NCBI GenBank assembly: GCA_965237955.1
Contig: OZ250169.1
Coordinates: forward strand, 7,296,001 to 7,360,000
Reading direction: 5' to 3'
Origin: Candidatus Marinacidobacterales bacterium
Lineage (GTDB): Bacteria; Acidobacteriota; Vicinamibacteria; Marinacidobacterales; SMYC01
Length of the DNA: 64,000 nucleotides
The translations under genes and the position numbers were made by a program. Of the stretch, positions 9,601-19,591 are shown in pieces; the stretch's first letter is position 1; each line of letters starts with the position of its first letter. The notes beneath the pieces are model-generated. The model did not search any database. It was not told the origin of the DNA and was given only the letters and a program-made list of their open reading frames with translations.

Positions 9601-9620
9601 AGCCAGGAGTGGCAGGAATA

Positions 9621-11060
9621 GTGCGAATTGGCGCTGCTCACGCGGCCGTGGCGGCTCTCCTCTCGATCTCGGCCTGCGCGCCGCCACCCGACGCAGCCGA
9701 GCGCAGCGGCCCGCGGTGGCTCGCCGGCGACCACCACATACACAGCCGCTACAGCGTCGGGTGGAACCGGGCGACGGATCCGCCTGCGCCCATCGTCGCG
9801 GGCGACGCCATCTATCCCATCCCCCTGAACGCTCTGATGGCGCGTCACTACGGGCTCGGCTGGATGGTGGCGACCGACCACGGCGGGCCGAACCACGGCA
9901 AGGTGAACCTGGAGCGGGCCTACCCGGAGCTAGTGCAGTCGCGTGAGGTGGTGCCCGAAATCATCCAGTTCTTCGGCATGGAGTTCGACACCCCGGGTGC
10001 GGAGCACTCGAGCCTCATCATCCCCCACACCCACGACGAGGCTGACCGCCTCCATCAGATCGAGTCCAGCTACGCCACACGCGAGCCCTGGCCGCCGGAT
10101 CCGGCCTGGGACACCCCTCCGCGGATGTTGGAGGCGCTCGCGACCATCCGGGACTTTCCGGCGCCACCCGTCGTGATCGCGAATCACCCCTCGCGCTCGT
10201 CCACGGATCTGGGGGTCTACGGTTGCAACTCGCCGTCGGTGCTTCGAGACTGGAACGACACGGCGCCGGAGGTCGCGGTGGGAATGGCCGGGGCCCCGGG
10301 GCATCAGGCGTCCACGCTGAACCCCGACGGGACCCTTGATCCGGGGCGTTCCCGGGGCGGCTACGGTCGCTATCCCACTCTCGGTGGCTTCGATCAGGTG
10401 ACGGCTCGCCTGGGCGGCTTCTGGGACTCCATGCTCGGCGAGGGACGGCGGTGGTGGATCACCGCCAACTCCGACTCCCACGTGAACTGGCGCGAAGGCG
10501 GCTCCGACTTCTGGCCCGGGGAGTACTCCAAGACCTACGTCTGGGCCGAGCGGAACCACGACGCGATCCTCGAAGGCATCCGAGGCGGTCGGATCTTCGT
10601 GACGACGGGAGACCTCATCTCTGAGCTCTCCGTCACGGCTCGAGTGAAGGGTGGGGGCGTCGATGTGCAGATCGGAGGGCAGCTCGACGTCCCCGCCGGG
10701 GGAGCAGTCGACGTGACGGTGCGCTTCCTAGATCCCGCCACACCGAACTCTCACGGAGACGAGCCGAGCGTCTCCCGTGTCGATCTCATCGCCGGTGATG
10801 TGACCGGTCCCGTGACCGACCGGTCCACCGACACCAACCTCACGACCCGCGTCGTGGCGCGCTTCGGGGAGAACGACTGGACGAGCGACGGACCTTATCG
10901 TGGGCTCACCTTTCGCCTGGAGGACGTGTCGGCCGACAGCTACCTGCGCGTGCGGGGGACCGACGGCTCCGAGCTTGAGCCCGAGCCCGACCCCTGGGGC
11001 GAGGACCCCTGGTCCGACCTTTGGTTCTACTCCAACCCGATCTTCCTGCACGTCCGCTGA
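9621..11060 (+). CDS. PHP-domain metallophosphoesterase, probable lipoprotein
   Basis: ISAC lipobox-like motif, WLAGDHHIHS, ATDHGG, ANHPSR, ANSDSH, FYSNPI. Confidence 0.8.
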   Translation: MRIGAAHAAVAALLSISACAPPPDAAERSGPRWLAGDHHIHSRYSVGWNRATDPPAPIVAGDAIYPIPLNALMARHYGLGWMVATDHGGPNHGKVNLERAYPELVQSREVVPEIIQFFGMEFDTPGAEHSSLIIPHTHDEADRLHQIESSYATREPWPPDPAWDTPPRMLEALATIRDFPAPPVVIANHPSRSSTDLGVYGCNSPSVLRDWNDTAPEVAVGMAGAPGHQASTLNPDGTLDPGRSRGGYGRYPTLGGFDQVTARLGGFWDSMLGEGRRWWITANSDSHVNWREGGSDFWPGEYSKTYVWAERNHDAILEGIRGGRIFVTTGDLISELSVTARVKGGGVDVQIGGQLDVPAGGAVDVTVRFLDPATPNSHGDEPSVSRVDLIAGDVTGPVTDRSTDTNLTTRVVARFGENDWTSDGPYRGLTFRLEDVSADSYLRVRGTDGSELEPEPDPWGEDPWSDLWFYSNPIFLHVR

Positions 11061-11244
11061 GATCCGGGAACGGTCAATCACCCCACCACGTATGAGTCGA
11101 TCGCCGCCTGCGTCGAGCTCTTGCTTGGCGGCGCCGGCCGAGTGCCCCCGATGGGACACTCGGGTTGGGTCTGTTCGATGTCAAGGCACTCGAATACGTC
11201 CAAGGTGTCGAGGATATGATCTCCGATCTTGAGCAACGGTTCCG

Positions 11245-11528
11245 CCTCGTAACAAAATCCAACCACCTCGCCCTCAGGCGAGAGGCGATGAATTACATTC
11301 ATAATTGATTTTTTCGTGTTGGCGATCACGCCCGGCGATTCAGGCTTAGACCGACCCGGGTACGCCACCGCTACCGCGATCGTGTCCTTGTGTACGTCCA
11401 GTCCCACGTATCCGCTATACTCTTCCACGACCTGTCCTCCTTGATTATGGCTCTGGGCCTTCGTGCTAAATCCTCGAAAGCTTAGCCCACGCCCTCAAGG
11501 TCAGGGCAGGTTCAATACATTATGTCTA
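11245..11528 (-). mobile_element. IS110-family left end plus transposase N-terminal fragment
   Basis: YVGLDVHKDTIAVAVA...FCYEA (start of the DEDD RuvC-like domain), SD GGAGG and a ~100-bp non-coding left end. Confidence 0.85.
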
Positions 11529-11587
11529 TCCTTTGATATGGGGAATATTGGAGAATACAAAAAGAAGGAAGAATTAAAAAGGAGGAC

Positions 11588-13678
11588 ATGATGAAAAAAA
11601 TCCATAATTTGAAACTTTTTGGATTGGTGGCCTTCCTGGCTTTTGCTTTGGTTTTTATTGGTATTGACTTTATTGAAGGCCAAGTAAGAACAACAAGAGG
11701 CAAGCCTGAAAACCAACCTGGCAATCCTGATAACCCTAACAAAGGAGGCCATAAAACCCAAGACCGCCCAGCACTAGAAGATTACAAGATCATGCCTATC
11801 TTTCATCGATATCCCGTGTCGGACCCGCAGATATCCCCCGACGGAACTCAGGTGCTCTTCACCTACACGACTACAAATATGACGAAAGACAGGTACGACA
11901 CTCACATCTGGTCATTATCTCTGGATGAGAAATTGCCGAAGCAGTTTACCTATGGCAAAGGCAACGATAGCCATCCTCGGTGGTCTCCTGATGGGAAGAC
12001 CATCCTGTTCCTCTCCAACCGGTTGAACGGGCAGAAGAATCAGATCTTCGTGATGCCAGCCGACGGGGGCGAAGCAAGGAGTCTCACCGCTATAGAGGAA
12101 GGCGCCCAGTGGCCATCCTGGTCCCCTGATGGAAAGACCATCCTCTTCTCCTCCCAGGTAGCCATGGGCGAGAATGCAGACGGTAGCGATGTAAATATCG
12201 TCCGACGTATCACATACAAGGTTCATAGTGGCAGCTTCATACGGGGAAGGAGGACGCACCTCTTCTCCGTCCCCTCAAGGGGAGGGAAGATAAGGCAGCT
12301 GACGGACGGAGAGTTCGATGTGGAATCAGCCGTCTTTTCCCCCGACGGTAGTCGCGTGGCCTTCATCTCCAATCTAGAGGAGTATGCGGACCTCTCCGAA
12401 TTTAAGCACCTCTACACCATTCCCTCGAAAGGAGGAGATCCGGAGTTCCTATGGGAGAATGAAAAAGTGAGTAGGCTTTACTCCTTGGGTTGGTCTCCAG
12501 ATGGTAAATATCTCGCGTTCAATGGACTCGTGCCCAGTGCCACTCACATGTCACCCCTAACAGGACTCCGTGGCCCTGCAGGGGCAGAGCCTAAACTAGT
12601 CTCACAAATCAATAGGGGCATCTGGATCCTTCCTGTTGGAGGTGGGGAGCCCAGGAACCTTACAGCCGAATTTGATAGGGCGGCGGACTGGGCGCTCACG
12701 CCGGTTCCGCGAAAATGGTCTCCTGACTCCAAGTATGTCTACTTCAAGATTCACAACCATGGCTGCATTCATCTCTTGAGGGTCAGCTTGGAGGGAGAAG
12801 TGGAGTATATGACCGAGGGAAAGATAAACGTTGGTCTCTTCGGCTTCAGCTTTGACAGGACTGGCTCCATCCTCGCCTTCACCGCGTCGGATATCATGAC
12901 GCCATATGAACTCTGGATAAAGGATGAGAAGGGCATGAGGCGCCTCACGGATATGAACAGGAATCTGCTGAGGAAGCTGAGGTTGAGTGAGCCGGAGGAG
13001 TTCTGGTTCACTGCCAGTGACGGCGTCCAGGTCCAAGGATGGATCGTCAAGCCTCAGGGTTTCAAGGAGGGCGAAAAGTACCCGACGGTTCTCCAAGTTC
13101 ACGGGGGGCCAGGTTATGGCGACTATGGCTTTGTGTTCGCGGCATCTGAGCACGAGTTCCAAGTGCTCGCCGACCATGGTTTTGCGGTGTTCTACACGAA
13201 TCCCCGTGGGAGCACTGGGTACGGTGCGGCCTTCAAGGATACCGCTGGTCGCCGTGGTGAACGAGATTATCAGGACCTCATGGAGGCCGTAGACTACGTC
13301 ACCGAGACCTACCCCTTCGTCGACCCAGAGAGGCTGGGCGTCACTGGAGGTTCCTTTGGCGGCTTCATGACGAACTGGATCATAGGGCATACTGACCGGT
13401 TCAAGGCAGCTGTCTCGCAGAGGAGCGGCTCGCGCGCGCCCATGGCCTATGTAAAGAACATGAAGACGCCGCTCTTGATCATCCACTCAGAGCTGGATTT
13501 TATTGCCCCGATTCATCAGGCTGAACGGCTTTTCGTAGCGTTGAAGGAGCTGAAAAGGGTCGTCGAGTTCGTCAGGTTCCCCGGGGAGAACCATCAACTT
13601 TCTAGGGATGGGGGGCCAAAGAACAGGGTAGAGCGACTCCAGCATATAGTCAGATGGTTCGATAGATACCTAAGGTAA
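11588..13678 (+). CDS. S9 family (acylaminoacyl/prolyl oligopeptidase-like) serine peptidase with PD40-type propeller
   Basis: Repeated WSPDG motifs, VHGGP, GGSFGG nucleophile, HSELD, GENH. N-terminal signal or TM segment and SD GGAGG. Confidence 0.92.
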   Translation: MMKKIHNLKLFGLVAFLAFALVFIGIDFIEGQVRTTRGKPENQPGNPDNPNKGGHKTQDRPALEDYKIMPIFHRYPVSDPQISPDGTQVLFTYTTTNMTKDRYDTHIWSLSLDEKLPKQFTYGKGNDSHPRWSPDGKTILFLSNRLNGQKNQIFVMPADGGEARSLTAIEEGAQWPSWSPDGKTILFSSQVAMGENADGSDVNIVRRITYKVHSGSFIRGRRTHLFSVPSRGGKIRQLTDGEFDVESAVFSPDGSRVAFISNLEEYADLSEFKHLYTIPSKGGDPEFLWENEKVSRLYSLGWSPDGKYLAFNGLVPSATHMSPLTGLRGPAGAEPKLVSQINRGIWILPVGGGEPRNLTAEFDRAADWALTPVPRKWSPDSKYVYFKIHNHGCIHLLRVSLEGEVEYMTEGKINVGLFGFSFDRTGSILAFTASDIMTPYELWIKDEKGMRRLTDMNRNLLRKLRLSEPEEFWFTASDGVQVQGWIVKPQGFKEGEKYPTVLQVHGGPGYGDYGFVFAASEHEFQVLADHGFAVFYTNPRGSTGYGAAFKDTAGRRGERDYQDLMEAVDYVTETYPFVDPERLGVTGGSFGGFMTNWIIGHTDRFKAAVSQRSGSRAPMAYVKNMKTPLLIIHSELDFIAPIHQAERLFVALKELKRVVEFVRFPGENHQLSRDGGPKNRVERLQHIVRWFDRYLR

Positions 13679-13744
13679 ACGTGAGATCTTTATCTGAAAG
13701 ATGAAATAACTATTTGGGTTCCACATCAATGTTCGCACAACTAT

Positions 13745-14035
13745 CACCTGCAGAAGAAAGCGGAGAAGGCAACGAAACAGGCGCAGGCGATCGCATGGAA
13801 AGCGCAGAAGCGGCTGTGCGATCGACCTAGGGACCGAGAGACGATGATGGAATCAGGAAGCCCCCGACAGGGGCTTTTGGAATCAGGAGGTGAGTCACCA
13901 CAACACACTATACCGCTGGAGGCATCGCACCGATGTGGCCAGGGCACGAGGAGCCCGGTTGGAGAATCCTCGTAATTGACTAAGAGTCTCCCCTCCTGGG
14001 AGCACGCTCGAGGATAGAGAGAGGCAGCTCCGCGA
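13745..14035 (+). mobile_element. IS110-family transposase C-terminal remnant plus 3' non-coding region
   Basis: HLQKKAEKATKQAQAIAWKAQKRLCDR, followed by non-coding sequence (GGAGAATCCTCG...GAGGCAGCTCCGCGA) that is cut by the IS5 element. Confidence 0.7.
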
Positions 14036-15122
14036 TGCCTTGGTGCACAACTCCGATAGAGGCCGAGAGCTCGCTTGGCCCCGACTCCCATCATCCGATC
14101 ATCTCGCTATCAGGCATCCCGAGCGCCGTCATCGTGTTGAGAATCTTGCACCCGATCCTTGCCTCGACTCTCTGTGCCGCTAACCCTCTCGCTCGCATCG
14201 CTGAGCCCACGATAGCCTTGTAGCGATGGAACGTTGTCTCGACTTTGCTCCGTTTGCTGTAGCCCGATTCTGTGTGCCACTTTCGTTTGCCGAGCCGAGC
14301 TTGTGCTGCAATGTTGCGATTGCGCTGTCGGCTGCTCGCCGGCCCCGATGCGAGCTGGGCGCCCTTGCGCGGCGGTATCAGCACCCTCGGCGAGCAATGA
14401 GCGCTGTGATTCTCGATTGCCTCATAGACGCCGCCGGCGTCGTATGCGGTGTCAGCTCTGGCCGATGAGATGGGACTGTCGATCTGTCCGACAAGCGATG
14501 CAACCCGCGATGAATCGCGGGCTCTTTTGCTCGTCAGCTCGCCGGCGACGACTTCGCCACTCTGCTCGTCGACACACAGATGGAGCTTGCGATAGTCCCT
14601 GCTCTTTGGTGCTCTGCGCAGCTGGCCGGCGTGGACAGCGAGACCGCTGCTGTCGATCAAGATGTGCAACGGCGTCTTCTGCTTGTCTTGGTAGAAGGGG
14701 ACCTTACCCAGCTTCGCCTTGCGCCTCGAGATCGTGGTGTGATCGGGCACATCATTGTCTAGCTTCATCAGAGCGAACAACGATCGCAGCAATCCCTCGC
14801 TCTGCCTAGATGACAGATGAAACACCATGCCCAGGGTGACAGCCGTCTCGATGGCGTGGTTCGAGTACTTGCGTTGACGGCCCGGTTTCCTCCTCCTCGG
14901 CCGGGGCGCGTCCCAGTTCACAAGCTTGCCGGCGGTGAGCGAGATCCAGACGGTCAGGCTCCCACGGTTGCGTAGACCCGCCTCATATTCACGCCAATTC
15001 CTCACGCGATAGGCCTTCTTCACATACTTCCGCTGAGTGCGTTTGAAAATGCTCATGGGGAACCTCGAATCCGTGAGTAAAGGACAATTGTGGACCGAGA
15101 TCGCGAGTTGTGCACCAAGGCA
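14036..15122 (-). mobile_element. IS5-family (IS903 group) insertion sequence
   Basis: Perfect 18-bp IR TGCCTTGGTGCACAACTC (14036-14053) / GAGTTGTGCACCAAGGCA (15105-15122). No matching target duplication. Confidence 0.92.
14091..15056 (-). CDS. IS5-family (IS903 group) transposase
   Basis: YRVRNWREYEAGLRNRGSLTVW, PDHTTISRR, IDSSGL, ADTAYD, GYSKRSKVET. Confidence 0.93.
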   Translation of the reverse strand: MSIFKRTQRKYVKKAYRVRNWREYEAGLRNRGSLTVWISLTAGKLVNWDAPRPRRRKPGRQRKYSNHAIETAVTLGMVFHLSSRQSEGLLRSLFALMKLDNDVPDHTTISRRKAKLGKVPFYQDKQKTPLHILIDSSGLAVHAGQLRRAPKSRDYRKLHLCVDEQSGEVVAGELTSKRARDSSRVASLVGQIDSPISSARADTAYDAGGVYEAIENHSAHCSPRVLIPPRKGAQLASGPASSRQRNRNIAAQARLGKRKWHTESGYSKRSKVETTFHRYKAIVGSAMRARGLAAQRVEARIGCKILNTMTALGMPDSEMIG

Positions 15123-15135
15123 GTGAGCCGTCGCA

Positions 15136-15861
15136 TCAGTCCGAAAACGCGAGAGACAGTCCACGCAACGCGGGCCCGCCCGTGACCTTGGACGTCCAGA
15201 CCTCACCGGCCAGGACGGGAAGCGCCCCCGTCATCGTACCCGTGGTCACGATCTCACCGGCCTCGAGGAATGGCTCGTCAGGCTGCCTCTCGAGAATCTC
15301 GACGAGCCGTTCGATGGCGCGAAGCGGCCCTCCCAGAACGCTCTTCCCTTCCCCGCGCGCCACAACCTCCCCGTTTCGTGAAAGCGAGACCTGCAGCCCC
15401 TCCAGCTGGGTCGAATCCGTTCGTGGCTCTCCGACGTGTAACGTTCGATGCAGACCAAAATCGGCGACCGCGTCGGCGCAACTGAATTTCCAATCAGGAT
15501 AGTGGCATTGAACGATCTCGTAGCCGAGCGCGGCCCACTCGATTTCCAGAGGTGTCAACGAAGAGAGCTTCAGCACGACCTCGAGCTCGATTCGTGGTCC
15601 CACCGCGCCATCGAGAGAATGCCGCTCGTTCTGAAACGAGACCGTGGTGTCGTAAATCGGTGCCCAGATGGGCTCCGTCAGTCCCAGCTCGGCCCAGATC
15701 GTCTCGTTCGTGAAGCCGAGCTTTCTTCCGACCATGCGATGGCCTTGCTCGATCAGAGATCGGCGCAATTGCGCACCCACTTGGTAGGCTTCCCGGAGCT
15801 CCAAGCCCTGAGGCGAGATCAAGCCCGAGGCCGCGCGGGCTTCGAGGAGCTCGTTCACCAT
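15136..15861 (-). CDS. 2-keto-4-pentenoate hydratase / FAA-hydrolase family protein
   Basis: GRKLGFTN, PRIELEV, AVADFG, GEIVTTGTMT. Confidence 0.88.
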   Translation of the reverse strand: MVNELLEARAASGLISPQGLELREAYQVGAQLRRSLIEQGHRMVGRKLGFTNETIWAELGLTEPIWAPIYDTTVSFQNERHSLDGAVGPRIELEVVLKLSSLTPLEIEWAALGYEIVQCHYPDWKFSCADAVADFGLHRTLHVGEPRTDSTQLEGLQVSLSRNGEVVARGEGKSVLGGPLRAIERLVEILERQPDEPFLEAGEIVTTGTMTGALPVLAGEVWTSKVTGGPALRGLSLAFSD

Positions 15862-15994
15862 CCGATCACGTAGCTGTCACCGGTCGGGCTCACGCCTCCC
15901 ATCAGGGCTCCCGAGACGGCGTCGATGAGAACGGCCTTCACCAAGCCCACTCCGCGATAGTCCCGAATCTCGAGATCGTGCCCCTGGAGCGACG

Positions 15995-16120
15995 GACGGC
16001 GAGATCTTCGAGGCAAACCAGATCATCGCCTATTTCAACTACGCGAACCGTGCTCTCAATGGTCTCGGTGTGACGACGACGGGCGACGTGCTTGGAACAT
16101 CGCCGCGTACGGAGAGATAG
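15995..16120 (+). pseudogene. AhpD-like peroxidase-related protein C-terminal remnant
   Basis: A frame not in the ORF track reads DGEIFEANQIIAYFNYANRALNGLGVTTTGDVLG. Confidence 0.6.
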
Positions 16121-16131
16121 GACACGCTCCC

Positions 16132-17637
16132 TCACAACGTATCGCTTCGCGATCTCCGCGTGCCATAGACGAATCGCTCCATCGCGCAGTGGATACGCCA
16201 CACCGTCTCCGCGGAGGGCGGTTTCGTGAAACGCGACACCGCGGTGGCAACCATCCAGTTGAGCGCAAGAGACCAGACGGCACCGTGGACGCCGAAGGGT
16301 TGCGGTTGGATGACGAGCGTCCAGAATAGGCAGGCGAGTCCAGCCCCGAGCCCGGCCAAGACGCCGACTCGGGTCAAGAGGTGCTTCGAGGGAAAGCAGA
16401 CGTTTACCACACTAGGGGCGAGTTGCAGTGTGCCCGAGCCCGAAAGCGAGACGAGCACGACGAGAGCCTCGAACGTATTGATCGCGAGCACGTAACCGAT
16501 GACGAGAAGCGCCAGGACTACGAGACGACCGACGCGCACGTAGTGCGCGGGGCTCGCTTCGGGGCGCACGTAGCGCTGATAGATGTCGCGCGTCAGCACG
16601 GTCATGTTCGCGTGCAAGATCGAATCGAGCGTGGACATGGCGGCGGCGACCGCGCCTGCGAGGATGACTCCCGTGAGCCACGGCGGCGCGTAGCGAAACA
16701 AGAGCTCCGGGAATATCTGGTCGGGAATGGCGAGATCGGGTAGCACGAGCGCGCCCCCGAGACCAATGAGGGCCGTCGGGATATAGAGCGTCATCAAGTA
16801 AATCGGCGTCGTCGCGCCGAGCAAGCGGATCGTGCGATCGGAAGCCGCCGTGTAATAGCGGAGCATCATCTGCGGCATGAAGAGAACGCCGCAGAGCGAG
16901 ATCATCATGCCGAACCACATGCCGGGCGTGAAGAAGCCTTTTGGTCCCGGCAGCGTCAGTAGATCGGGCCGCTCGATGGCGATGCGGCGCCAGAGCTCGA
17001 ATGGTCCACCAAAAAGCTCGAAGGCGAGCACGAGCGCGCCGACCCAAATGGCCACGTACATCCATACTCCTTGAACGACATCGGTCCAATAGACCGCGCG
17101 CAAGCCTCCGGCCGCGAGATAGATCGCCGCCACGACGAGAAGGATGAGCGTCCCGGCTTCGTAAGGAATGCGTTCGCCCGAGGCGACCGAGATGATATAG
17201 CCGAGCCCTTGAGCCTGGACCTGTATATAAAGGATAGTGAAGAGCACCGAGACGAGCGCCACCACGATCCTGACGGCCTCGCTCTCGTAGAAGTCCGCGA
17301 GCAAGTCGGCCGGCGTCACGTAGCCGAATCTCTTGCCGAGCGCCCAGATCCGGGTGCCGAGCACGTAGCTGAAGGCGCCGACGAGGATCGTCCACGTCCC
17401 CGCGTCCCAAAAACCGATCCCGTGTGTATAGAAGAAGCCGCTCGAGCCCAGAAAGGCGAACGCGGAGTGATAGGTCGCCACGACCGTCAGATAGAGAACG
17501 CCGAAACCAGCTTTGCGGCCATAGAGAAAGAAATCTTCGAGATCGATCGTTAGACGGCGGTTGGCGACGAAGCCGAGCACGAGGGTGACGAGGACGTAGA
17601 GAAAGATGAGCCCAGTCGCGATGACCCACGGCTCCAC
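16132..17637 (-). CDS. Sodium:solute symporter family transporter
   Basis: About 13 TM segments, GGLRAVYWTDVVQG, AAAMSTLDS. Confidence 0.92.
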   Translation of the reverse strand: MEPWVIATGLIFLYVLVTLVLGFVANRRLTIDLEDFFLYGRKAGFGVLYLTVVATYHSAFAFLGSSGFFYTHGIGFWDAGTWTILVGAFSYVLGTRIWALGKRFGYVTPADLLADFYESEAVRIVVALVSVLFTILYIQVQAQGLGYIISVASGERIPYEAGTLILLVVAAIYLAAGGLRAVYWTDVVQGVWMYVAIWVGALVLAFELFGGPFELWRRIAIERPDLLTLPGPKGFFTPGMWFGMMISLCGVLFMPQMMLRYYTAASDRTIRLLGATTPIYLMTLYIPTALIGLGGALVLPDLAIPDQIFPELLFRYAPPWLTGVILAGAVAAAMSTLDSILHANMTVLTRDIYQRYVRPEASPAHYVRVGRLVVLALLVIGYVLAINTFEALVVLVSLSGSGTLQLAPSVVNVCFPSKHLLTRVGVLAGLGAGLACLFWTLVIQPQPFGVHGAVWSLALNWMVATAVSRFTKPPSAETVWRIHCAMERFVYGTRRSRSDTL

Positions 17638-17874
17638 CTAGACGTCCCGGCGATGCATCCAGAGAAGCACCGCGATGAGCGCGGTGTAGACGGCGAGGAG
17701 GTACGTGTAGAGAAAAGGCATCCCGAGCACGAAGGGCTCGATGCGGTTAACGAGAAGCAGAATGGGCGGCTCTGCGAGCGCGAAAAGAATCACGAAGAGC
17801 AAGAGCCCGCGTCGCCCCGCGGTGGTTCTGGGAACGAAGTGCGACGCGAAGCGAGGGTAGTCTCGGCGGGCCAC
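17638..17874 (-). CDS. Small 2-TM SSS-associated membrane protein (DUF3311-like)
   Basis: NRIEPFVLGMPFLY motif, immediately upstream of the SSS gene. Confidence 0.75.
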   Translation of the reverse strand: MARRDYPRFASHFVPRTTAGRRGLLLFVILFALAEPPILLLVNRIEPFVLGMPFLYTYLLAVYTALIAVLLWMHRRDV

Positions 17875-18374
17875 GATGCCCGCATTCTAAACGAAGACGC
17901 GCGTGCTCAGCTACTGATTGGTTTCGTGACGACGTGGAGTGGGTGGTTGATGCTGTCGAAGAGGGGATCGACTTCCGCGCGGCGTCGCGCGTCGGCCATT
18001 CCGATCTTGGTGTGAATCGTCGCCGGATGCACAAACTCATTCGTTTGTCTCACGCACGACGGAAAAATCTTCTTGATTCGAAGAGGAGGAATGAAAAAAG
18101 AGGCTGCGGGGCATTTCTGTTTGCCGAATGCGGTTTACGTGGGGGATTGCGCCAACGATTTCATGAAGATGCGGTACACCGTTATGAAACAGCCGTCCCA
18201 ATGACCGTCGCGCGCACCTGAAGGGGAAAAATGCCGGCTCCGAACTGCTCCATTTTGGTAAAGTGGAATAAGACCTACGAATATTTAGCGAAAGTATGTG
18301 GGTAATATCCTACGATTCGGGATCTGGTAGATACCGTAACTCGTTAACTCCGAACAAGATCCTGAAATTCCCTC

Positions 18375-18403
18375 TTGACAGATATGGGAAAAAATCGTAC
18401 GTT
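18375..18403 (+). promoter_or_regulatory. Sigma70-type promoter
   Basis: TTGACA-N17-TACGTT upstream of the SD/ATG at 18484/18495. Confidence 0.55.
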
Positions 18404-18494
18404 AACGGTACCCAACCTCCCTACGATCAAGATCACAGAATCGAGATCGTTGAACACAGACTTCCCCCAAAGTCTCCTGTTTCGGAGGAACGAG

Positions 18495-19205
18495 ATGCAC
18501 GTATTCGAGTCCCCGCAAGCCGCCAAAGGTGCCGAGGCAAGTAGACCAGGCCCTGATCTTCTTCATGTCGTCTGTTTTTCTACTTATGTTTCCGAACGTA
18601 CTCAGCAGACGAACCGCCATCATGACGTGCGAAATTTCCTGCTCGCACTGCGAGGCGAGGAGGTCGAAGGGGAATCGAAGATTCCCGTGCGTGCGGAAGA
18701 GCGTACGCTCACGAGCCACAACGCGAACGATTCCATCGACTGGTTCGGTGAAATGGTGACCGCGTACCTGGAGACGTGTCATATCCAGCCGCCGTTCAGC
18801 CTGGTGCCGGTACCGACGTCGAAGACGACGCTCGACTTGAGCGCTGGCCCATGGACGTCGCTCCTCGCGATCTCGATCGCCTCGAACGGGCTCGACGACG
18901 TGTCGATTCTGGACGTGTTGCGATGGAATCAGCCCCTCGAGCCACCGAGTCAGCGTGACCAGACCGTCTCGGAGCTCTACGAGAACCTAGCGATCCTCCA
19001 GCCGTTGCCGGAGGGAAGTCCGGTCATTCTAGTGGACTACCTGTTCACCAGCAGCGCAACGCTGCGAGCGTGTGCGGCGAGGCTGCGGCACCACGGTGCG
19101 CGGGTGCTTCTCGGCCTGTGCGCGGGTCGAACCGCGACCAAGTCGAGCCACGATCCATTTACGGTCGTGACCGGCGGGCTTCACCGGTACGACCCGGGGC
19201 ATTAG
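18495..19205 (+). CDS. ComF-like phosphoribosyltransferase-fold protein with a degenerate PRPP loop
   Basis: LVPVPTS and VILVDYLFTSSATLRACAARL...CAGRT. SD GGAGG before ATG 18495. Confidence 0.7.
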   Translation: MHVFESPQAAKGAEASRPGPDLLHVVCFSTYVSERTQQTNRHHDVRNFLLALRGEEVEGESKIPVRAEERTLTSHNANDSIDWFGEMVTAYLETCHIQPPFSLVPVPTSKTTLDLSAGPWTSLLAISIASNGLDDVSILDVLRWNQPLEPPSQRDQTVSELYENLAILQPLPEGSPVILVDYLFTSSATLRACAARLRHHGARVLLGLCAGRTATKSSHDPFTVVTGGLHRYDPGH

Positions 19206-19591
19206 GGAACAAGCTGAAAAATACCGCTCGACAACAGATCGCGAACGGTCTCTTCGGAGTCGATTGCGAAGGTCAGTCCAGTGAGATAACCGACGATCTC
19301 CTTGACCGGCTCCAATCGCGCTGCACACCAGATGACGCGGGCCGCCACGTTCATGTGCTCCGCCCGACCGCCTGCGATCGTGAGGCGCACATCGGTGTCT
19401 TTCGGCAGGCCCAGGTTGGTGATGACGCACGCCCCCGACTCGGACATATTGGAAATAACCCCGAAGACCGGCCTTTTGGAAGAAACGCTCGGTCCCTCGA
19501 GGCGAACCGGTATTGTTTCGAGCGGCAGAAAACGAGGCGCTGGCGTTGTCGTCGGCTCTTCCTTCGCCGTGACTTCTTCAATCGTGGGCAC
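19202..19591 (-). CDS. Single-domain PilZ protein
   Basis: PRF...ISNMSESGACV...ARVIWC...TGLTF. SD AGGAG. Confidence 0.8.
   Translation of the reverse strand: MPTIEEVTAKEEPTTTPAPRFLPLETIPVRLEGPSVSSKRPVFGVISNMSESGACVITNLGLPKDTDVRLTIAGGRAEHMNVAARVIWCAARLEPVKEIVGYLTGLTFAIDSEETVRDLLSSGIFQLVP

Noticed and set aside
9306-9620. Methyltransferase-PHP fusion protein of 584 aa
   Set aside because: The upstream part is a frameshifted methyltransferase remnant. The PHP protein has its own signal peptide from about 9621.
17910-18060. Small minus-strand ORF of about 48 aa (VRQTNEFVHPATIHTK...)
   Set aside because: No SD, motif or other support.
18375-18494. TTG start for the PRTase-like ORF
   Set aside because: The TTG is part of a TTGACA -35 box. 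The SD and ATG at 18495 fit better.
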